From a bacterium (GTDB lineage Bacteria > Fidelibacterota > UBA2242 > JAFGTP01): a stretch of DNA of 32,000 nt. Of this stretch, positions 27,149-32,000 are shown one piece after another (positions within the stretch are counted from its first letter, which is position 1; every line of letters starts with the position of its first letter). The stretch spans positions 2,557-34,556 of the forward strand of contig DATGCI010000137.1 of NCBI GenBank assembly GCA_035312185.1, read 5' to 3'. A model generated the notes under the pieces. It was not told the DNA's origin and did not search any database. It saw nothing but the letters and a program-made list of their open reading frames with translations. Position numbers and translations under genes: made by a program.

Positions 27149-28473
27149 TGGTAATTGCTAATAATCTACAGGAACATGCCAACCAAATTGATGAAACTGA
27201 CTCTGTCCTTACTATCGAAGGTAAGGTGTCGAAAGTCATCGGTCTGATAATTGAAGCCAGTTTGCCTGATGGCACGATGGGAGAATTGTGTAAAATCAGG
27301 ACTCGAACTGGTGACTTCATTCGCGCTGAGATTGTGGGCTTTCGTCAGGACAAGGTTCTGCTCATGCCTCTTGATGAAACAGTAGGCATTTCACCGGGAA
27401 GTACAGTTACCAGAAGTCCCAAGCCCCTTTCTATTAAAGTTGATGATAAAATTTTAGGCAGAGTCATCGATGGTCTTGGGAATCCTATTGATGGTAAGGG
27501 GCCTGTCAATGCTGAAGATGAACAGCCAGCCTATAATGATTCTCCCAATCCTATGACTCGCCAGCGAATCACAGAACATTTAACAACCGGAATTCGCGCT
27601 ATAGATGGACTGACAACAATTGGTAAAGGTCAAAGAGTTGGACTCTTTGCTGGAAGTGGCGTTGGTAAAAGTGTTTTATTAGGTATGATTGCTCGCTATG
27701 CAGAAGCTGATGTGAATGTTATTGGATTAATTGGGGAACGGGGTCGCGAAGTTCGGGAATTTATTGAACGGGATCTCGGAGAAAGCGGATTGAAAAAATC
27801 TGTGGTGGTAGTTGCTACTTCCGATCAGGCCGCCATGGTACGGGTTAAAGCAGCCCTGATCACAACTGCTATTGCTGAATATTTTCGGGAACAGGGAAAA
27901 TCGGTGCTCTTGCTCATGGATTCTCTGACTAGAGTTGCCATGGCCCAAAGAGAAATCGGGCTGGCTGCAGAAGAGCCGCCAACCACTAAAGGCTATACTC
28001 CATCTGTTTTTGCTCTTCTCCCCCGCTTACTGGAAAGAGCAGGAACTGATAAACATGGTAGCATTACCGGACTATATACAGTCCTGGTCGAAAGCGATGA
28101 TCTTGATGAACCAATCAGTGACGCTGCTCGCTCTATTCTGGATGGTCATATTGTACTCTCCCGTTCTCTGGCTACAAAAGGCCACTACCCGGCTATTGAT
28201 GTTCTGGAAAGTGTCAGCCGTCTAAAAAATGACATTACTTCCGATGAACAAAAGCACTATGCTCAGAAAATTCTGGAAACTCTAGCAATCTACAGAGATA
28301 ACGAGGATTTGATCAGCATTGGCGCATATCAAGAAGGTAGCAATCCAAAAGTTGATAATGCTATCAACAACATTGAAGAAATTAATGATTATTTAAGACA
28401 GGATATTTACGAGTCCATCGACTTTAAAAGCAATCTTGAGCATCTCCAGGAACTGGCTGATAAAATTGGATAA
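27148..28473 (+). CDS. fliI: Flagellum-specific ATP synthase FliI
   Basis: Walker A reads GLFAGSGVGKSVLLGMIA and Walker B reads SVLLLMDSLTRVA. The F1-beta-like core includes GSITGLYTVLVESDD. Confidence 0.96.
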   Translation: MVIANNLQEHANQIDETDSVLTIEGKVSKVIGLIIEASLPDGTMGELCKIRTRTGDFIRAEIVGFRQDKVLLMPLDETVGISPGSTVTRSPKPLSIKVDDKILGRVIDGLGNPIDGKGPVNAEDEQPAYNDSPNPMTRQRITEHLTTGIRAIDGLTTIGKGQRVGLFAGSGVGKSVLLGMIARYAEADVNVIGLIGERGREVREFIERDLGESGLKKSVVVVATSDQAAMVRVKAALITTAIAEYFREQGKSVLLLMDSLTRVAMAQREIGLAAEEPPTTKGYTPSVFALLPRLLERAGTDKHGSITGLYTVLVESDDLDEPISDAARSILDGHIVLSRSLATKGHYPAIDVLESVSRLKNDITSDEQKHYAQKILETLAIYRDNEDLISIGAYQEGSNPKVDNAINNIEEINDYLRQDIYESIDFKSNLEHLQELADKIG

Positions 28474-28479
28474 GCAGAT

Positions 28480-28944
28480 ATGTCAAAACAGTTTAAATTT
28501 TCATTACATCGCGTCTTAAAATTCCAAAGTGATAAAGAAGATCTGAAGGCTACAGATCTGAGTAAATCCAAACAACAGCTCAAACGTGAAAGAGAACGCT
28601 TGAAAAAATTGCAGAGTAAAAAAAGTGATCACCTGGGACGAACTGAAACTCTCATAAACGGTGACAACTCCATTTCTCTGGAAAAGTTGAGAGCTTCAGC
28701 AGATTATCTTTCCCAATTGAATGAAAAAATTTCCTCGCAGGATCAAAAAGTTGAAAAATCAAACCAAGAAGTTGAAAAAGCCCGTAAAGATTTAATCGAA
28801 GTAAGTAAAAATCGCAAAATTCTAGAGAAATTACGGGAAAAACAGTATCAGGATTACCGAGAAAAAAGTAAAAAAGAAGAGCGCAGGAAAGAAAGCGAGA
28901 TTGCCTTGCGAAGAAAAACTCGAAACAATGACATTAAGGATTGA
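28480..28944 (+). CDS. fliJ: Flagellar export chaperone-like protein FliJ
   Basis: 154-aa all-coiled-coil protein beginning FKFSLHRVLKFQSDKEDL. It sits immediately after fliI. Confidence 0.75.
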   Translation: MSKQFKFSLHRVLKFQSDKEDLKATDLSKSKQQLKRERERLKKLQSKKSDHLGRTETLINGDNSISLEKLRASADYLSQLNEKISSQDQKVEKSNQEVEKARKDLIEVSKNRKILEKLREKQYQDYREKSKKEERRKESEIALRRKTRNNDIKD

Positions 28945-28946
28945 TA

Positions 28947-29468
28947 ATGCGTAAAGCCCTTTTCTGGATATTAATAGGATTCATTTCTTTTGCTGTGCTG
29001 GTTGCAATCATATTTGGCTATCTATCTTATATGGAGAAAAAAAATGGTGAGGATCAGGCAACAGCCGAGTCCGGTAAAATACCAGAATACATTGACAAAT
29101 CCCAGAGAGACAGCCTTGTAAATTTGATAACTATGAAGGACAGCTTAATGTCCGTAAAGAACAGCAAATATGATAGTCTCACCAATCTCATTCAGACTCA
29201 TGAGACAACTATTAATGAGCAGAAGCAGAGTATCCAGGAACTTCGGGAACAAATGAAAAATAATCAGAATAAATCTGAAAATATCAAAAGTCTGGCTAAA
29301 ACCTACGAATCTATGCGGGTGGAAGATCTTCGGCCAATTCTCAAGGAAATCAATGATAATACTCTTATCAATATTTACCAACAGATGAGCAGCCGCAAGC
29401 GTCAAAAACTAATTCAGGCCCTCACTCCACAACGTGCAGCACGATTAACCACCAAATTGGCCAGTTAG
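28947..29468 (+). CDS. YlxF/MotE-like flagellar protein (N-terminal TM, coiled coil, MgtE-N-like C-terminus)
   Basis: MRKALFWILIGFISFAVLVAIIFGY forms the TM segment. The C-terminus reads MRVEDLRPILKEINDNTLINIYQQMSSRKRQKLIQALTPQRAARL. Its position after fliJ matches Bacillus ylxF. The ATG at 28947 (AAGGA 7 nt upstream) is preferred over the track's TTG at 28941. Confidence 0.6.
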   Translation: MRKALFWILIGFISFAVLVAIIFGYLSYMEKKNGEDQATAESGKIPEYIDKSQRDSLVNLITMKDSLMSVKNSKYDSLTNLIQTHETTINEQKQSIQELREQMKNNQNKSENIKSLAKTYESMRVEDLRPILKEINDNTLINIYQQMSSRKRQKLIQALTPQRAARLTTKLAS

Positions 29469-29485
29469 CAGATTGATAATCAGCT

Positions 29486-29743
29486 ATGGATTTCATAGCA
29501 TTTTTCAAACAAAAATGGATAAAAATGAACACTAATCTACAAATTAATACAAATCAATTTTCCGAACTTGTGGAAATAATTTCCGAATCAAAATCATTTC
29601 TATTTGTGATTAATTTAATATATTTACTGCTGTTTATAGTTTCTAACATATTGTTATTTATTAACTTATTTTTATATAAAGTTAAACTCATTAAAAATAT
29701 CAAGAAAAATTTTTACCCTGGCATATTAATTGAAACTGTATAA
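29486..29743 (+). CDS. Possible small single-pass membrane protein (doubtful)
   Basis: 85 aa (72 aa from the ATG at 29525). It has one strongly hydrophobic segment, FLFVINLIYLLLFIVSNILLFINLFLY. The DNA is extremely AT-rich, no SD was seen, and it could be a chance ORF. Confidence 0.3.
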   Translation: MDFIAFFKQKWIKMNTNLQINTNQFSELVEIISESKSFLFVINLIYLLLFIVSNILLFINLFLYKVKLIKNIKKNFYPGILIETV

Positions 29744-29792
29744 ATGGAATTTTTGAAATTATGAATCAGAAACTAGATAAAATGATAATTAA

Positions 29793-32000
29793 ATGAACCA
29801 GACTCTTAACATAGTAAATTTTGGCAAAACCCAAAGCCCGGAAAAGGCTGGATCCAAAGGCCAGTCTTTTTCTATGGAGAATGGGACTAATTTTGAGGCT
29901 TTCTTTTCGGGAGAATTGCATCCCAGGCCAGCCAAAATTAGAAATCAGGCCGCTAATTCCAAGCAGCCACAATCTGTCCAATCAAAATCTGCGTCTAATA
30001 TATCTGATGTGTCTGATTCAAAAAAAGCCACAAATGGAAACAGTGGCAACAAAATATTTCGTTCTTCCAATCAAAATATTTCCAACAATAATACTGATAA
30101 TAATGCCAAAACCAAAAAAGTAAATTCAGGTGAAAAACAGTTTAATTCTGAATCAGCAAAAAATTCCGATAATAACCAAAAAGCAAAAAATCAAGATAAT
30201 AGAACTGCTGAAAACAAAATAGCATCTAATGATAAGAACAAGGCAGCAATACAGGAAGCCAGGCCATTAGATGATAATCAGCAAGCCCAAAAAACTACTC
30301 AAAAACCAAACAATTCTAATCAGGTTAAAGAAACTCCGCAAGAGAATAGGCCTTTAGAAAACGACTCGCAGTCGAAAAATACTAAAACTGATTCAAACGG
30401 GTCAAACAGTTCGAAGAATATAAGGTCTAAACAGTCTGAAAATATTGCTCAGAATATATCCAACAGAACGAAAGAACAAGTAACCAATATAAAAAACAAT
30501 AATTCAAATCAAACATCACAAAATAATAAGTCCGAAAAGCTACCTAATGAATCTATTAATACTGGCAATGCCAAAACTGAATCCACTCAAAACAATAAAA
30601 AAACAGCTACGATATCAAACAAAACTCATTCAGAGGGTTCAAAAAATAATTCTTCTGAAAGTCACCCTATTCAAAACCGATCAGCAGCAAAAACTGAAAA
30701 TCCAGGTTCCGAAATCAAGTCTTCAGAAAATATGACAGCCAATACTTCTGAAATACAAAATCAGAATGTAAAAAATCATTCTACTCAAAATAATGGCATC
30801 TCAGAAAATAAAATTAATGTAAAAACTCAAAGCCAACAAGAATCACACAATAATCAATCAACACCTGTAAAAGCGGAACCAGTTCAGCACAAAGATGCTC
30901 AAAACTCAAACGCTAATCAAGAAAAAAGCATTAATAACAATTCCTTTGAAAATGCAAGCCCACAGAGCAAATCAAATAATAATCTCTGGCCTTCTAAACA
31001 AAAAAATATAAAATCTGAACCAGGCCAGCAAAATATTTCTAATCACAAGGCTAACAACAAAAATCAAAACACTTCTACTGAAAATATTGCTAATAATCCG
31101 TCAAATCATAAGTCCAAAAAAGTAGAGACACATACTAATCCTTCAACTGCAAAACAGGAGAATTCTTCGGCTGCTGATCGCTCCCCCCAAAACAATCAAA
31201 CAAATTCTAGAACAGAGTTTAAATCAAAAAATATTAACCAAAATACGGATGAGCCGAATTTTCAGCCTAACACTTCTAATCGGCCAGAGACTCCCGGAAA
31301 CAAAATAAACTCAGATAATCAAGCCAAACAATCCCAACAATCCAGCCAGCCTTCGACAATAGTAAAACATAATTCTCAAAATCAGTCCAATGTAAAAAGT
31401 CAAATTGATAGTAAACAGAATATTGAGAGTAGCCAGAAAAAGGCAATAAAATCAGAAATTGCAAATCAAAAACAAACTCATTCCAGTAATAATTTAAAAG
31501 TAGACCAAAACCAAAATAACAGCCAAAATCTCACAGCTCAGCAAAAAACACAAACCCAATCTAATTCCAATCAACAAAACTTGAATCGATCCAATCTAGA
31601 TAGCGAAAAAATCCAGAACAATTCTGATAATCAGAACAACAATCAGAGAGTTTTTTCAACTCGATCAGGAAAACAAAAATCAAACTCTCAGGAAAACGTA
31701 AATATAGTTAATGAATCCTCAGAAAAAGTATATCAGAAAACAATAAATAATCCTGATAAAAATCATCCCCATTCTAATCAGGAAATCCAATCCAAAAATC
31801 AACAAACAACTACAGCACGATTAAAGCAGAATCAAACTATCAAAAAAATTCAAACCAGACAAAAATCTGCTCAACAGACTGAATCCGAGCCAGAACAACA
31901 TTTTGTAAAAGCCGATAAACAGCAAAATACTTCGCAAAATAATACAATCCGAAATCAGGATAAGGCTTCGACTATACCTAATTCAGAAGCAAAATCACAC
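29793..32000 (+). CDS. Partial CDS (continues beyond window): very long N/Q/S/K/T-rich disordered protein in the fliK (hook-length control) position
   Basis: Absent from the ORF track because it has no stop in the window. My translation from the ATG at 29793 (preceded by an in-frame TAA) is open for exactly 736 codons to position 32000 (MNQTLNIVNFGKTQSPEKAGSKGQSFSMENGTNFEAFFSGEL...). The other five frames are full of stops. There is no signal peptide, no Cys and almost no hydrophobic residues. Coding status is about 0.9 confident; the FliK assignment is inference from synteny and composition only. Confidence 0.55.
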   Translation, partial: MNQTLNIVNFGKTQSPEKAGSKGQSFSMENGTNFEAFFSGELHPRPAKIRNQAANSKQPQSVQSKSASNISDVSDSKKATNGNSGNKIFRSSNQNISNNNTDNNAKTKKVNSGEKQFNSESAKNSDNNQKAKNQDNRTAENKIASNDKNKAAIQEARPLDDNQQAQKTTQKPNNSNQVKETPQENRPLENDSQSKNTKTDSNGSNSSKNIRSKQSENIAQNISNRTKEQVTNIKNNNSNQTSQNNKSEKLPNESINTGNAKTESTQNNKKTATISNKTHSEGSKNNSSESHPIQNRSAAKTENPGSEIKSSENMTANTSEIQNQNVKNHSTQNNGISENKINVKTQSQQESHNNQSTPVKAEPVQHKDAQNSNANQEKSINNNSFENASPQSKSNNNLWPSKQKNIKSEPGQQNISNHKANNKNQNTSTENIANNPSNHKSKKVETHTNPSTAKQENSSAADRSPQNNQTNSRTEFKSKNINQNTDEPNFQPNTSNRPETPGNKINSDNQAKQSQQSSQPSTIVKHNSQNQSNVKSQIDSKQNIESSQKKAIKSEIANQKQTHSSNNLKVDQNQNNSQNLTAQQKTQTQSNSNQQNLNRSNLDSEKIQNNSDNQNNNQRVFSTRSGKQKSNSQENVNIVNESSEKVYQKTINNPDKNHPHSNQEIQSKNQQTTTARLKQNQTIKKIQTRQKSAQQTESEPEQHFVKADKQQNTSQNNTIRNQDKASTIPNSEAKSH

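Noticed and set aside
29766-31464. Listed ORFs 29766..29981(-), 29821..30123(+), 30547..30735(+) and 31276..31464(-)
   Set aside because: All lie inside the 736-codon open frame starting at 29793 and are in other frames. The long frame is far more likely to be the real gene.
29793-32000. Low-complexity A/C-rich DNA considered as a non-coding simple-sequence, satellite or CRISPR-like region
   Set aside because: No repeat-spacer periodicity or tandem unit is visible. One frame is completely free of stops for 2.2 kb in AT-rich DNA while the other five are not, so it is coding.
1-32000. Looked for mobile elements, prophage or integrase genes, toxin-antitoxin pairs, CRISPR-Cas and other defence islands
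   Set aside because: No transposase, integrase, recombinase, nuclease-helicase or repeat-array signature was seen. Gene content and tight co-directional packing look like core chromosome.

Overview
AT-rich (roughly one-third G+C by eye) bacterial chromosomal window, densely coding, and read cleanly with the standard code. About 31 protein genes are supported. No rRNA, tRNA, CRISPR array, transposase, integrase or recognisable defence island was seen. Positions 1-21359 are housekeeping and envelope genes: a truncated methyltransferase-acyltransferase fusion, lepA, a translationally coupled pair of peptidoglycan-trimming enzymes, a CPBP protease, an ABC-2 exporter, polA, a SPOR protein, lapB/lapA-like genes, miaB, an M23 peptidase, a short primary sigma factor, a 3-methyladenine glycosylase, a GNAT and a [2Fe-2S]-ASKHA protein. 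A 900-bp non-coding gap (21360-22261) contains a GC-richer structured RNA candidate with its own terminator. After it comes a flagellar operon: flgB-flgC-orf-fliE-fliF-fliG-fliH-fliI-fliJ-ylxF-like-(small orf). The operon ends in a very long N/Q/S/K-rich open frame (29793 to the window end, 736 codons with no stop), which sits where fliK is expected. Two long ORFs that run off the window edges (1-1418 minus, 29793-32000 plus) are missing from the supplied ORF track, so I translated them by hand. The short Bacteroidota-type primary sigma and several TAnnTTTG -7 boxes suggest an FCB-superphylum relative; this is inference, not a database result. Nothing here is demonstrably a new system. The most checkable leads are the structured RNA upstream of flgB, the giant disordered FliK-position protein, the Csd4/Csd6-like gene pair and the extra small gene between flgC and fliE.
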